From Pseudolysinimonas sp. (GTDB lineage Bacteria > Actinomycetota > Actinomycetes > Actinomycetales > Microbacteriaceae), in contig NZ_JBASCU010000005.1 in the NCBI RefSeq assembly GCF_049651805.1, positions 8,280-72,279 of the forward strand: a stretch of 64,000 nt of DNA, in the 5' to 3' direction. The notes under the pieces are model-generated. The model saw nothing but the letters and a program-made list of their open reading frames with translations, was not told the DNA's origin and made no database searches. A program made the translations under genes and the position numbers. Positions 8,797-18,371 of the stretch are shown one piece after another; within the stretch, counting starts at the first letter, position 1; the number at the start of each line of letters is the position of its first letter.

Positions 8797-9924
8797 GTGA
8801 CCGAGAGCGACATCGACACCTCGGTCGTGGTCGTCGGCGCGGGGCAGGCGGGGCTCTCGGTGGCCTACTACCTGCGTCGCCTGGGCCTCGACCCGGGCAA
8901 CGAGTTCGTCATGCTCGATCGCGGCCCGGGCACCGGCGGGGCGTGGCAGTTCCGCTGGGAGGCGCTGCGGCTCGGCTACGCGCACAAGGTGCACGATCTG
9001 CCCGGCATGGATGAAATCGGGGTGAGCTTCGACACCGCCGACAAGACGCTTCCGGCGAAGGATGTCGTCGCCGACTACTACGCACGCTACGAGGAGCACT
9101 ATGGGTTCCAGGTGGTGCGCCCAGCGGATGTGACGCGCGTCGAGATGAACGCGGACGGCTTCGTCGTCGAGTTCGAGGGACCCTACGGGCAGCGCGAGGT
9201 CTCGTGTCATGTGCTCGTCAACGCCACCGGCACCTGGGGGGCGCCGTTCGTTCCCTATTACCCGGGCATGAACGAGTTCCGCGGTCGGCACCTGCACACG
9301 GCCGAGTACAAGGCGGCCGAAGACTTCGCCGGTCAGAACGTCGTCGTCGTCGGCGGTGGCACGAGTGCCATCGGGTTCCTGATGGAACTCGAAGAGGTCG
9401 CCGCATCCCTCACCTGGGTCGCCCGTCGGCCGATCGAGTTCCTCGAGGGGCAGGATCTCAACATCGAGGGCGGCGTCTCGGCCGTCGCGCTCCAAGATGC
9501 GGCTGCGCGCGAGGGCCGGGCGTTGCCGAGCATCGTCAGCACCACCGGGGTGCCGCGCAGTCGTCGCATCCAGGCTGCGATCGACCGCGGCCTGCTCCAG
9601 GCGCGTCCGATGTTCACCAGCATCGAACCGGATGGCGTGCGCTGGTCGAATGGAGCGTTCCGCCCCGCGGATGCGATCATCTGGTCGACCGGTTTCCGCC
9701 CCGAGCTGCGGCACCTCGCCCCGCTGAAGCTGCGCGAGAAGTCGGGCGGCATCGTCGTCGGCAAGAACGTGTCGTGGAAGAACCCCCGCCTGTTCTTCGC
9801 GGGCTACGGGCCGACGGCATCCACGATCGGCGCCAACCGCGCCGGCCGCGCCATCGCCCGCCAGGTCGTCGCGACCCTCAGCACCCTCGCGAGTGAGAGG
9901 CGCGGCGCCTCTGCCGGGTACTGA
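8797..9924 (+). CDS. NAD(P)/FAD-dependent oxidoreductase (flavin monooxygenase-like)
   Basis: Two Rossmann motifs (VVVVGAGQAGLS and VVVVGGGTSAIG); 375 aa. Confidence 0.8.
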   Translation: MTESDIDTSVVVVGAGQAGLSVAYYLRRLGLDPGNEFVMLDRGPGTGGAWQFRWEALRLGYAHKVHDLPGMDEIGVSFDTADKTLPAKDVVADYYARYEEHYGFQVVRPADVTRVEMNADGFVVEFEGPYGQREVSCHVLVNATGTWGAPFVPYYPGMNEFRGRHLHTAEYKAAEDFAGQNVVVVGGGTSAIGFLMELEEVAASLTWVARRPIEFLEGQDLNIEGGVSAVALQDAAAREGRALPSIVSTTGVPRSRRIQAAIDRGLLQARPMFTSIEPDGVRWSNGAFRPADAIIWSTGFRPELRHLAPLKLREKSGGIVVGKNVSWKNPRLFFAGYGPTASTIGANRAGRAIARQVVATLSTLASERRGASAGY

Positions 9925-9927
9925 GGC

Positions 9928-11823
9928 TCAGTTCCCGGACTGCGAGGCGCTGAGCACCGCGATCGCCGACGCGGCGCTCCACCCCTGCGGGCGGCACGCG
10001 GCCGGGTACGGCACGGGCGCGGGAACGTCGGCGGCGGCATCACCCGAATACAGCTCCGGGATGCGATAGTCGAACGCGACGGCGGCGCGCAGCAGACCCT
10101 CGGTGAGCTGAGCTGCCTCGGCGTGAAAGCCGCCGGCGACGAGACCGCGGACCGCGATCGCGGTGTCGTGCGTCCACACCGATCCGACGTGGTAGCCGAG
10201 CGGCCAGAAGCCCGACGCTCCGATGGACAGCGTTCGAACGCCGTAACCACTGGAGAGAGCCGGTGACGTCAGGTGGGTCGCGACGAGCCGCGACTCATCC
10301 GAATCGAGCAGGCCAGTGCCCAGAAGGTGGCCGACATTGCTCGTCAAGGTGTCGACCGCACGCTTGGCCCCGTCGAGAGCGATCGCCGGGTAACGCCCCT
10401 CGGGGGTCTCCACCCAGAACGAGGCACGGAAGGCATCCGTCACCTTCTTCGCCCAACCGCGCCACGGCTTCCCATCCCCGCCGAGTGCGTCGAGCAGCTC
10501 AGCGCCACCGAGCGCCGCTTCGACCGCGTAGGCCTGCACCTCGCACAGCGCTAGGGGCCCCTCAGCCAGGGTGCCGTCTCGCCACTGCACCGAGTCGCTC
10601 GAATCCTTCCAACCCTGATTCGACAACCCATGGCCGGATTCGTCGATGTACTCGAGCAGCCCGTCGCCGTCGGAGTCGCCGAAGTCACGCATCCAGGTGA
10701 GGGCGGCCTCGAGCGCCGGCCGGAACTCACGCAACCCGTCGAGCGGGTACCCCGTCTTGTGCAGATCGGCGAGGAGGCAGATCCACAGCGCGGTGGCGTC
10801 CACCGTGCCGAAGTAGCGCGGCGGGAGCACGAGCGATTCACCCGGGATGGAGAACTCGCCGCGACGTAGCTCGTGCAGGATCTTGCCGGGCTGCTCCGCG
10901 GATTCGGGATCGGTCGTAGTGCCCTGCAGCGCGGCGAGGCTGCGCAGAGTGCCGATCGGGATGTCGCTCCCGAGCGGGACGAGGAACCGGGCGACCCAGA
11001 GCGCGTCGCGACCGAACAGGGTGAAGAACCACGGTGCGCCGGCGGCGACGAAGGGGAAGTCCGGCGCCGATGTCGTCGTGAGCCGGAGGGCGTCGAGGTC
11101 TCCGAGCGACCGGTGCACCCAGCGCCGCAGACGATCGTCGGCGGCTTCGGTGGCGGGGTTCGCCCACTGCGGAGGCTCCGCGGGAGCGGCGACAACGGCG
11201 TGATCGTCGGTTGCCCGCACGTCGATCGCGATGCTCACCGCACCCTGCGGAGGTACCTCGACCGACCACTCGGCGGTGATCACTCCGGCCGCCTCGCGCA
11301 GGTCGGCACCGTCGGCCTGGAGCACGACGGCGATTCCGCCGCCACCCCAGGTTGCGCTCTCGCCGGTGACGTGCGTCGCGGGCGGGTCGCTGAGCATTCC
11401 CGACTTGACGACCTGAACCTCGTCGAGCGCGGGCTCGAGCGCGACGCGGATGGTCGCGGTGACGGAGCGGGTCAGGCGAGACGAGAGGGTGAACGTGTGA
11501 CGCGCGCCCGAAGGAGTGACCTCGCGGATGAGTTCACCGCGCACGTCGGGGTCGGCGCCCACGTCGTCGAGGCCGCGCAGAAGGCTCACGAATCTCGACC
11601 GGTCGGCCGCGTCCTGCAGGGTAGCGATGTGCTCGGGCGATGCTCCATCGACGGTGACGTCGAGGGTTCGGAGAACGCGCACGTCGGAGACGTAGACCCC
11701 GTCGATGGCACCCGCGCCCATCGATCCATCGGAACGTGACCACGCCTGAGCCGGCGCGCGAAGCGTCACGACCGCATCGTGGAGCAGCGGCTGACGGGTC
11801 GTCTTCGGCGCTGGTGTTCGCAT
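9928..11823 (-). CDS. glycogen-debranching-enzyme-like glycoside hydrolase (amylo-alpha-1,6-glucosidase family)
   Basis: ATG at 11823 is preceded by AAGGAG. The C-terminal (alpha/alpha)6-type region includes GLLEYIDESGHGLSNQGWKDS. The N-terminal 36 aa of the listed ORF are discarded. Confidence 0.75.
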   Translation of the reverse strand: MRTPAPKTTRQPLLHDAVVTLRAPAQAWSRSDGSMGAGAIDGVYVSDVRVLRTLDVTVDGASPEHIATLQDAADRSRFVSLLRGLDDVGADPDVRGELIREVTPSGARHTFTLSSRLTRSVTATIRVALEPALDEVQVVKSGMLSDPPATHVTGESATWGGGGIAVVLQADGADLREAAGVITAEWSVEVPPQGAVSIAIDVRATDDHAVVAAPAEPPQWANPATEAADDRLRRWVHRSLGDLDALRLTTTSAPDFPFVAAGAPWFFTLFGRDALWVARFLVPLGSDIPIGTLRSLAALQGTTTDPESAEQPGKILHELRRGEFSIPGESLVLPPRYFGTVDATALWICLLADLHKTGYPLDGLREFRPALEAALTWMRDFGDSDGDGLLEYIDESGHGLSNQGWKDSSDSVQWRDGTLAEGPLALCEVQAYAVEAALGGAELLDALGGDGKPWRGWAKKVTDAFRASFWVETPEGRYPAIALDGAKRAVDTLTSNVGHLLGTGLLDSDESRLVATHLTSPALSSGYGVRTLSIGASGFWPLGYHVGSVWTHDTAIAVRGLVAGGFHAEAAQLTEGLLRAAVAFDYRIPELYSGDAAADVPAPVPYPAACRPQGWSAASAIAVLSASQSGN

Positions 11824-11907
11824 CCGAGTGACGCTCCTTTGCATCGGAACCGGGAACGGATCGTCGATTGACAAGACCCGCCAGATCGGTAACATAACAC
11901 CCAGAGT

Positions 11908-11950
11908 TTGATCGTTCAAACCCCGAATCATTGGACACTTGAACGATCAA
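11908..11950. promoter_or_regulatory. two LacI-type operators (TTGATCGTTCAA and TTGAACGATCAA)
   Basis: 12-nt CG-centred pseudo-palindromes at 11908-11919 and 11939-11950. They are exact reverse complements of each other and lie in the hydrolase/lacI divergent region. Confidence 0.55.
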
Positions 11951-11994
11951 GCCAGCGGAATCCATCCGCGAGGCGACCAAAGGAGGTCTGCACC

Positions 11995-13107
11995 GTGCCC
12001 CAGCTGCCCACCGTCACCGACGTCGCACGGCTCGCGCGCGTGTCGCGGCAGACCGTTTCGAACGTTCTCAACGCTCCCGACATCGTGAAGGCAGAGACGC
12101 GCGAACGAGTTCACTCGGCGATCAGCGAACTGGGGTACCGCCCACATGCGTCAGCCCGCCGCCTGCGCACCCGGACCTCGTCGACGATCGGCATCCGCCT
12201 GCACCCCGTGGTGAATGGCATCTCGGGATCAGTGCTCGACAGCTACCTCCACGCCCTCACCGAACGCGCCGACCAGCGGGGGATGCGGGTGTCGCTCTTC
12301 GTCGCAGCCGACGCCGACGACGAGATCCGACACTTCGAGCGACTGCGCGACGGCGCCGACGTCGACGCGTTCGTGTTGACGGCGACGGAGTACGACGACC
12401 CGCGCATCGCCTGGCTCACCCGGGAACGCATCCCGTTCGTCGCCTTCGGGCGCCCCTGGGGAGCCGAAGCCGATCTCGACCCGGCACCTCTGTGGGTAGA
12501 TGTCGACGGTCGCGCGGGTGTGCACCAGGCGACCAGCCACCTCATCGGGCGCGGCCTCACGCGCATCGGCTATCTCGGCTGGCCCGCAGGCACGGGAACG
12601 GGCGACGACCGCCGCCAGGGATGGGAGGCGGCGATGACGGAGGCTTTCGGGCTGGGGCCGACCGCTCTGGCGGCTCTCGCGACCGCTACCGACGAGGGTG
12701 TGCCGCGCGCCCGGGTCGCGATCGAGCAGCTATTGCGCGCCGGCACCGATCTCGAAGGAGTCGTGTGCGCGTCCGACGCGCTCGCCCTCGGCGCCATGAT
12801 GGCCGTCCGCGAGGCCGGCCTGCCCCACTTTCCGGTAATCGGCTTCGACAACACGCCCGTCGCATCCGCCGTCGGCCTCTCGAGCGTCGACCAGCGGCTC
12901 GGTGAAGTCGCGACAGCGACTCTCGACCTCTTGATGGGGCCGACCGGGCAGCGCGTCCGCCCTCACGGTGACGACTCGGGCGAGCCGCGTCACCGGCTCA
13001 TCACCCCCCAACTTGTCGTGCGTCGGTCGAGTCACCTGGCGCCCGTCAAGGAAGAAGCCGGGAGCACCTTGCCCGGCACTCCCAACCGAGAGAAAGAGAA
13101 ATCATGA
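11995..13107 (+). CDS. LacI family transcriptional regulator
   Basis: GTG at 11995 follows AAAGGAGG. HTH TVTDVARLARVSRQTVSNVLN plus a periplasmic-binding-fold C-terminus. Confidence 0.9.
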   Translation: MPQLPTVTDVARLARVSRQTVSNVLNAPDIVKAETRERVHSAISELGYRPHASARRLRTRTSSTIGIRLHPVVNGISGSVLDSYLHALTERADQRGMRVSLFVAADADDEIRHFERLRDGADVDAFVLTATEYDDPRIAWLTRERIPFVAFGRPWGAEADLDPAPLWVDVDGRAGVHQATSHLIGRGLTRIGYLGWPAGTGTGDDRRQGWEAAMTEAFGLGPTALAALATATDEGVPRARVAIEQLLRAGTDLEGVVCASDALALGAMMAVREAGLPHFPVIGFDNTPVASAVGLSSVDQRLGEVATATLDLLMGPTGQRVRPHGDDSGEPRHRLITPQLVVRRSSHLAPVKEEAGSTLPGTPNREKEKS

Positions 13108-14321
13108 AAACCAACAAGTGGGGCGTCGCGGCGATCGCCGGCGGCGCGGCACTGGTGCTGGTCGGCTGTGCCGGCGGCGGCAGCGGTGACTCGCCCGACC
13201 AGTCCCTGACCGTGCTCATCGCCGCCAGCGGTGACGCCGAAGCCGACGCGGTCAACGCGGCGGCAGCCGCCTTCACGGAGCAGAGCGGCATCGACGTCGA
13301 CGTCGTTCTCGCGAACAACCTCAACGAACAGCTCTCGCAGGGCTTCGCCGGCGACGACCCGCCGGACCTGTTCTACATGGGTTGGGACCAGTTCCAGACC
13401 TACGCGGGCAACGGCTACCTCGAGCCGTACGCCGGTGACCTGTCGAACGCCGGAGACTTCTTCCCCGGGTTGGTCGACACCTTCAGCTACGACGGCGAGT
13501 TCGTCTGCGCCCCGAAGGACTTCTCCACCCTCGGTCTCATCATCAACACCGACCTGTGGGCCGCCGCCGGACTGACGGACGCCGACATTCCGACCGACTG
13601 GGACAGCCTCACGGCCGCGGCAACCGCGCTCACGACCTCCGAAACCGTGGGTCTGTCGTTCGGGCTCGAATACGCGCGGCTCGGCGTCTTCATGAACCAG
13701 GCCGGTGGCACGATCGTCGACGGTGACACCATCGCCGCCGACAGCGCCGAGAACATCGAAGGTCTCGAGTACGTCAGGTCGCTCTACGACGCGGGCGTGT
13801 TGCGCTTCCCGTCGGAGATCGACGCGGGTTGGGGCGGCGAGGCTCTCGGTGCCGGTAAGGCCGCGATGGTGATCGAGGGCCCGTGGATCAAGGGCATCGC
13901 CGGGGACTTCCCCGACACGAACTACGCTGCGTACGAACTCCCGGCCGGCCCGGGTGGACCGTCGACATACTCGTTCACCAACTGTTGGGGCCTCCCGCAA
14001 GGGGCGGCCACCACGGATGCCGCCGTCGAGTTCGTCGAGTTCCTGACGAGCGATGAGCAGCAGGTGGAGTTCGGCGACGCCTTCGGCGTGATCCCCTCGA
14101 CGCGGGATGCCGCAGCGACCTACGCCGAGAAGCACCCCGAGAACGCGGCGTTCGTCGCCGGTGCCGAGTACGCGGTCAGCCCGGCGAACTTCGACGGCTC
14201 CGCCGCCGTCGTGGCCGAGTTCAACGCCCGGCTCGCCGATTTCGGCAACGCGGACTTCGCAGCGATTCTCGCCGACTTCCAGGCGCAGCTCGAAGCGGCG
14301 TACGCCGAGGCCAACGGCTAA
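13104..14321 (+). CDS. sugar ABC transporter substrate-binding lipoprotein
   Basis: ATGA overlap with lacI. Lipobox LVLVGCAGG. Family 1 solute-binding pattern. Confidence 0.9.
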   Translation: MKTNKWGVAAIAGGAALVLVGCAGGGSGDSPDQSLTVLIAASGDAEADAVNAAAAAFTEQSGIDVDVVLANNLNEQLSQGFAGDDPPDLFYMGWDQFQTYAGNGYLEPYAGDLSNAGDFFPGLVDTFSYDGEFVCAPKDFSTLGLIINTDLWAAAGLTDADIPTDWDSLTAAATALTTSETVGLSFGLEYARLGVFMNQAGGTIVDGDTIAADSAENIEGLEYVRSLYDAGVLRFPSEIDAGWGGEALGAGKAAMVIEGPWIKGIAGDFPDTNYAAYELPAGPGGPSTYSFTNCWGLPQGAATTDAAVEFVEFLTSDEQQVEFGDAFGVIPSTRDAAATYAEKHPENAAFVAGAEYAVSPANFDGSAAVVAEFNARLADFGNADFAAILADFQAQLEAAYAEANG

Positions 14322-14355
14322 GCGGTAGCAGGCGAGGGAGCACGAGGAGACGACG

Positions 14356-15453
14356 ATGGCGAAAACCATCCGCGGGCCAGAAGCCCGTACCGGCTGGCTG
14401 TTCACCGCACCCGCGGTGCTCATCATCGGCGTCTTCCTCGTGCTCCCGATCGCCCTCGCGGTGTTCGTGAGTTTCAGCGACTGGAACGGCCGCGGCTCAC
14501 CCATCGGCAACTCCGAGCCGATCGGGTTCGACAACTACTCGGCGGTTCTCGTCGAGGAGGGCCTGTCGCAACGCGACTTCGGCACCGCAGTGCGCAACAA
14601 CCTGTACTACGTGCTCGCGGTGGTCCCCCTGCAGACGGCGCTTGCGCTCTTTCTCGCCGTGCAGGTCAACCGGCGCATCCTGCGGGGCCGCGGCTTCTTC
14701 CGCACCGCGTTCTACTTCCCGTCGGTGACCTCGTCAATCGCGATCACCACGATCTTCATCTTCCTGTTTGCCGGATCGGGAGCCGTGAACCGGGTCATCT
14801 CGTGGCTCGGGGCGGATGGCCCGAACTGGTTCTCCGACCCGAGCGGGCTCGGCCACAAGCTGCTCGCCGTGTTCGGCATCCGCTCGAGCGGACCGATCGC
14901 CGAGGGCGGCGCACTGGGCCTGAGCTGGTACGACTGGCTCTCCGGCCCGTCGGTGGCGATGTGCGTGCTCATCAGCCTCGCGGTCTTCACGACCTCGGGG
15001 ACGTTCATGCTGCTCTTCCTCGCTGCGTTGCAAAGCGTCAGCCAGGAGGTGCAGGAGGCCGCATCGATCGACGGCGCCGGGCCCTTTCGTACCTTCTTTT
15101 CCGTGACGCTGCCCTTGCTCAAGCCGACGTTGTTCACGGTGCTGACCCTGGGGCTCATCGGCACCTGGCAGGTGTTCGACCAGGTGTACCTGACTGGCGG
15201 CGGCGACCCCGGCAAGACGACGCTCACCCCCGCTTACCTCGCATACCAGGCGTCGTTCAAAGACCTGCAGTGGGGAGAGGGTACGGCGATCTCGTTCCTG
15301 TTGTTCGCGATCATCGTGACGTTCACGCTCATCCAGAGATGGGTCCTGCGCGACCGCGATCTCGGTCGCCCGGGCGTGCGTCGTGCAACGCGCGCCGTAG
15401 CGCGGCTGCATCGGGATGCCGCGAACGCCCGACCGAACGGAGCGGCATCATGA
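14356..15453 (+). CDS. carbohydrate ABC transporter permease
   Basis: Multi-TM protein with an EAA-type loop (AASIDGAGPFRTFFSVTLPLLKP). Confidence 0.9.
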   Translation: MAKTIRGPEARTGWLFTAPAVLIIGVFLVLPIALAVFVSFSDWNGRGSPIGNSEPIGFDNYSAVLVEEGLSQRDFGTAVRNNLYYVLAVVPLQTALALFLAVQVNRRILRGRGFFRTAFYFPSVTSSIAITTIFIFLFAGSGAVNRVISWLGADGPNWFSDPSGLGHKLLAVFGIRSSGPIAEGGALGLSWYDWLSGPSVAMCVLISLAVFTTSGTFMLLFLAALQSVSQEVQEAASIDGAGPFRTFFSVTLPLLKPTLFTVLTLGLIGTWQVFDQVYLTGGGDPGKTTLTPAYLAYQASFKDLQWGEGTAISFLLFAIIVTFTLIQRWVLRDRDLGRPGVRRATRAVARLHRDAANARPNGAAS

Positions 15454-16316
15454 GTGCTGCCGTCAGCGGCGGGCGGTACCGGCTGGGTCCCCGCGCACTC
15501 GCCGGGGTGGGCGTGGGCTACGCCATCCTCATCCTGCTCGCAGTCATCTACATCTATCCGTTCCTGGTGTCGGTGGCGGGCAGCTTCAAGACGGACGCCG
15601 ACGCGACCCAGAATCCGCTCTCGTTGTTGCCGCAGACCTGGTCGTTCGCCGCCTACGAGCGGCTCTTCACCGAGGTGCCGCTTCTGCAGTGGGCGGGCAA
15701 CTCCACCATCGTCACGGTGTGCATCACGATCGGGCGCGTCTTCTTCGACTCGCTCGCCGGATACGCGCTCTCGCGCCTGCGCTTTCCGGGTCGTCGGATC
15801 GTGTTCGCCGCTCTGATTGCGGTGCTCGCAGTGCCGCCGGTGGCCCTGCTCATCCCGCGGTTCCTCGTGCTCAAACAGTTCGGCATGTTCGATTCATTCG
15901 CCGGGATGATCATCCCGATCATGATCGACGCCGCGGGCATCTTCATCATGAAACAGTTCTTCGACTCGATCCCGGTTTCGGTCGAGGAGGCGGCCCGCAT
16001 CGACGGCGCGAGCGTGTTCCGCACGTTCTGGTCGATCGTGCTGCCGATGGCCCGGCCCGCGCTCATCACGCTGTTCATTCTGAGCTTCCAGGGCTCGTGG
16101 AACGAATTCTCGTACTTCCTCGTCGCGCGGCAGGACGCCGATCTGCACACCCTGACGACCGGTGTCGCGACGCTCACCTCGGGACAGCTCGGGCAGGGCA
16201 ATCAGTTCCCGCTCAAACTCGCCGCCGCGGTGTTGATGTCGATTCCGGTTGCAGTGTTGTTCTTCGTCTTCCAGCGGCGCATCACGTCGACTGCCGAGGG
16301 TGCCGAGAAGGGCTGA
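15450..16316 (+). CDS. carbohydrate ABC transporter permease
   Basis: ATGA overlap with the upstream permease. EAA loop EAARIDGASVFRTFWSIVLPMARP. Confidence 0.9.
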   Translation: MSAAVSGGRYRLGPRALAGVGVGYAILILLAVIYIYPFLVSVAGSFKTDADATQNPLSLLPQTWSFAAYERLFTEVPLLQWAGNSTIVTVCITIGRVFFDSLAGYALSRLRFPGRRIVFAALIAVLAVPPVALLIPRFLVLKQFGMFDSFAGMIIPIMIDAAGIFIMKQFFDSIPVSVEEAARIDGASVFRTFWSIVLPMARPALITLFILSFQGSWNEFSYFLVARQDADLHTLTTGVATLTSGQLGQGNQFPLKLAAAVLMSIPVAVLFFVFQRRITSTAEGAEKG

Positions 16317-16319
16317 GGT

Positions 16320-16670
16320 TCAGCCGAAGAACACCGGGCCGAGGAACCAGCCCGCCGTCGCGGCGGCGAGGCCCAGGGCGAGGTTGAGAGCGACGGATGC
16401 CGCCGCCGCGCGCCAGCGCCCCTGGCCGACCAGTTGCACGGTCTCGACGCTGAAGGTGCTGAACGTGGTGAGGCCGCCGGCGAACCCGGTGGCGACGATG
16501 AGGGCGAGGTCGGTCTGCAGCGCGACGCCCGCGACGAGCGAGCCGACGACATTGACGAGCAACACGGGCCACGGCCACGCCGCCTTCGCGCCCGCTCGAC
16601 CGATCAGGTAGCGGGCGAGGGCGCCGAAGGCACCCGCGGCGATCACCGCGACAGCGAGCAGCGGGGTCAT
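16320..16670 (-). CDS. crcB: fluoride channel subunit CrcB
   Basis: 116 aa, motifs VNVVGSLVAG and GGLTTFSTF. ATGA overlap with the upstream crcB paralogue. Confidence 0.9.
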   Translation of the reverse strand: MTPLLAVAVIAAGAFGALARYLIGRAGAKAAWPWPVLLVNVVGSLVAGVALQTDLALIVATGFAGGLTTFSTFSVETVQLVGQGRWRAAAASVALNLALGLAAATAGWFLGPVFFG

Positions 16671-17065
16671 TCGTCGGCTCCGATCGGCGGAGGGGCGGTC
16701 GCGCGAGGGGCGCCGAAACGGATGCCGAGAGCGGCCGCCGTGATGCCGCCGACGAGCGACGCGACGACGTAGACGGCCGCCGTGACCCCGGCACCTTCTG
16801 TCGTCAGTTCGACAGCCGAGACGGCCAGCGCCGAGAAGGTCGTGAACGAGCCGAGCAGCCCCGGGCCGAGGCCGACGCGCAGCCACTCGGGTGCGACTGG
16901 CCACAGCCGTGCGACGAGAACACCGAGCGCGAACGAGCCGACGAGGTTGACCAGGAATGTGCCGATCGGGAGGTCCGCGCCGCCGTGGGGCAGCAACAGG
17001 TCGACCGTGAGCCGAGCCCCGGTGCCGACGGCTCCCCCGGCGAGCACAGCGAGCACGGTCTTCAC
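16667..17065 (-). CDS. crcB: fluoride channel subunit CrcB (second paralogue)
   Basis: VNLVGSFALG and GSFTTFSAL motifs. GTG at 17065 preferred over the ORF-track start at 17119. Confidence 0.85.
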   Translation of the reverse strand: MKTVLAVLAGGAVGTGARLTVDLLLPHGGADLPIGTFLVNLVGSFALGVLVARLWPVAPEWLRVGLGPGLLGSFTTFSALAVSAVELTTEGAGVTAAVYVVASLVGGITAAALGIRFGAPRATAPPPIGADE

Positions 17066-17109
17066 GCCCTCAGTCTGCCGCCTCCATCCCCCGGACCTAT
17101 GATCTAGCG

Positions 17110-17748
17110 GTGATGACAACCCGGCGGAGGCGATGGCCGTGGGTGGTCGCGATTCTGCTCGCTTTGGTCTTCACCGGAATCGGAATCGTGATCGTGCCGA
17201 TTCTCACGCACGTCCCTCAGGGTGAGTCGAACCAGCAGGCTCCCGACGAGGAGTGGCCGCTCGAGGCGTCCGCGACCGGAGACGACGGGCGCGAGCGCAG
17301 CATCCAGATCGTGTCGGTCGAACCGGGCGGAACCGTCGACACCTCGGCCCTCGCGCCGGGCGACCGGTTCGTGGTGAGCGGCACCGGGTACGACCCCGCG
17401 CGCGGCATCTACGTTGCGATCTGCGCGATTCCCACCGAGCCGACGCAGAAGCCGGGACCGTGCCTGGGCGGCGTGCCCGATCAGGAAGCCGTCGAGGTCG
17501 AGGACGGCACGATCCAGTTCGCGCCGAGCAACTGGATCAACGACGACTGGGCCTGGCGGCTGTTCGGCGCACGTTCGTTCGACGACCGCGACTCCGGAAC
17601 CTTCACCGCCTACCTCGAGGTTCCGCCGACGGCCGACGAGAACGTCGACTGCCGCGAGGTCGCGTGCGCGCTCTACACCCGCAACGACCACACCGCGGCA
17701 AACGACCGAGTGCAGGATGTCTACATCCCGCTCGGGTTTGTTGGCTAG
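17110..17748 (+). CDS. membrane-anchored secreted protein, possible neocarzinostatin-like Ig fold
   Basis: N-terminal RRRRW plus a TM helix. VSGTGYDP..GIYVAICA and VDCREVACALYT Cys-pair pattern resembles the NCS-family fold; weak, judged by eye. Confidence 0.4.
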   Translation: MMTTRRRRWPWVVAILLALVFTGIGIVIVPILTHVPQGESNQQAPDEEWPLEASATGDDGRERSIQIVSVEPGGTVDTSALAPGDRFVVSGTGYDPARGIYVAICAIPTEPTQKPGPCLGGVPDQEAVEVEDGTIQFAPSNWINDDWAWRLFGARSFDDRDSGTFTAYLEVPPTADENVDCREVACALYTRNDHTAANDRVQDVYIPLGFVG

Positions 17749-18371
17749 CCGCGCAGCTGCTGCACCAGGCGGCGGCGCAGGTCGTTCAACCCGTCAGTGA
17801 GCAGCGTCACCGTCTCGGGGGCAAGGATCCCCGACGACGCGGCGGATCGCAGCTCGTCGCGCACGTCGCTGCGGAACTCGCCGAGCGCCGCCTCGGCCTC
17901 GTGCAGTCGGAGCCGGGAGGCGACCCGCGGATCGTCGGTCGCGTTGCGTGTCGCTTCGCGTGCCGCGCCCTGCGCCTCCGACCGCGCCTCGCGGGCCGCC
18001 GCGGCGAGGTCGGCGCGCAGGGTGCGCATCGCGTCGTTGACGGATGCCCGCACCTCGTCGGCGAGGCGGCGCACCGAGTCGGTGAACTCGGTCTCGATGC
18101 CGTCGAGTTCCGGCTCCCGGGCGACGAGTTCGGCGCGTCCGGCGTCGGTGATCGCGTAGACGGTCTTGCGGCCGTCGGCCTCCTTCGTGACGAGACCCTC
18201 CTCTTCGAGCTTGCCGAGGCGCGGGTAGATCGTGCCTGCGCTCGGCTGGTACGTGCCGCCCGACTGGTCGGCGAGGGCCTGGATGATCTCGTAGCCGTGC
18301 ATCGGGCGATCGACGAGCAGCCTGAGCAGGTAGAGCCGGAGGTGCCCGTGGGCGAAGACCGGCGGGCTCAC
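17745..18371 (-). CDS. PadR family transcriptional regulator
   Basis: GTG at 18371 overlaps the upstream stop (GTGA). Winged helix LRLYLLRLLVDRPMHGYEIIQAL...GTIYPRLGKLEEEGLV. Confidence 0.85.
   Translation of the reverse strand: MSPPVFAHGHLRLYLLRLLVDRPMHGYEIIQALADQSGGTYQPSAGTIYPRLGKLEEEGLVTKEADGRKTVYAITDAGRAELVAREPELDGIETEFTDSVRRLADEVRASVNDAMRTLRADLAAAAREARSEAQGAAREATRNATDDPRVASRLRLHEAEAALGEFRSDVRDELRSAASSGILAPETVTLLTDGLNDLRRRLVQQLRG

Noticed and set aside
17066-17109. Possible fluoride (crcB-motif) riboswitch upstream of the crcB pair; the minus strand reads GGGGGAUGGAGGCGGCAGACUGAGGG.
   Set aside because: Only about 45 nt are available before the divergent gene. The conserved AACCGCC and CUGAUGA elements and the P1 pairing are absent.
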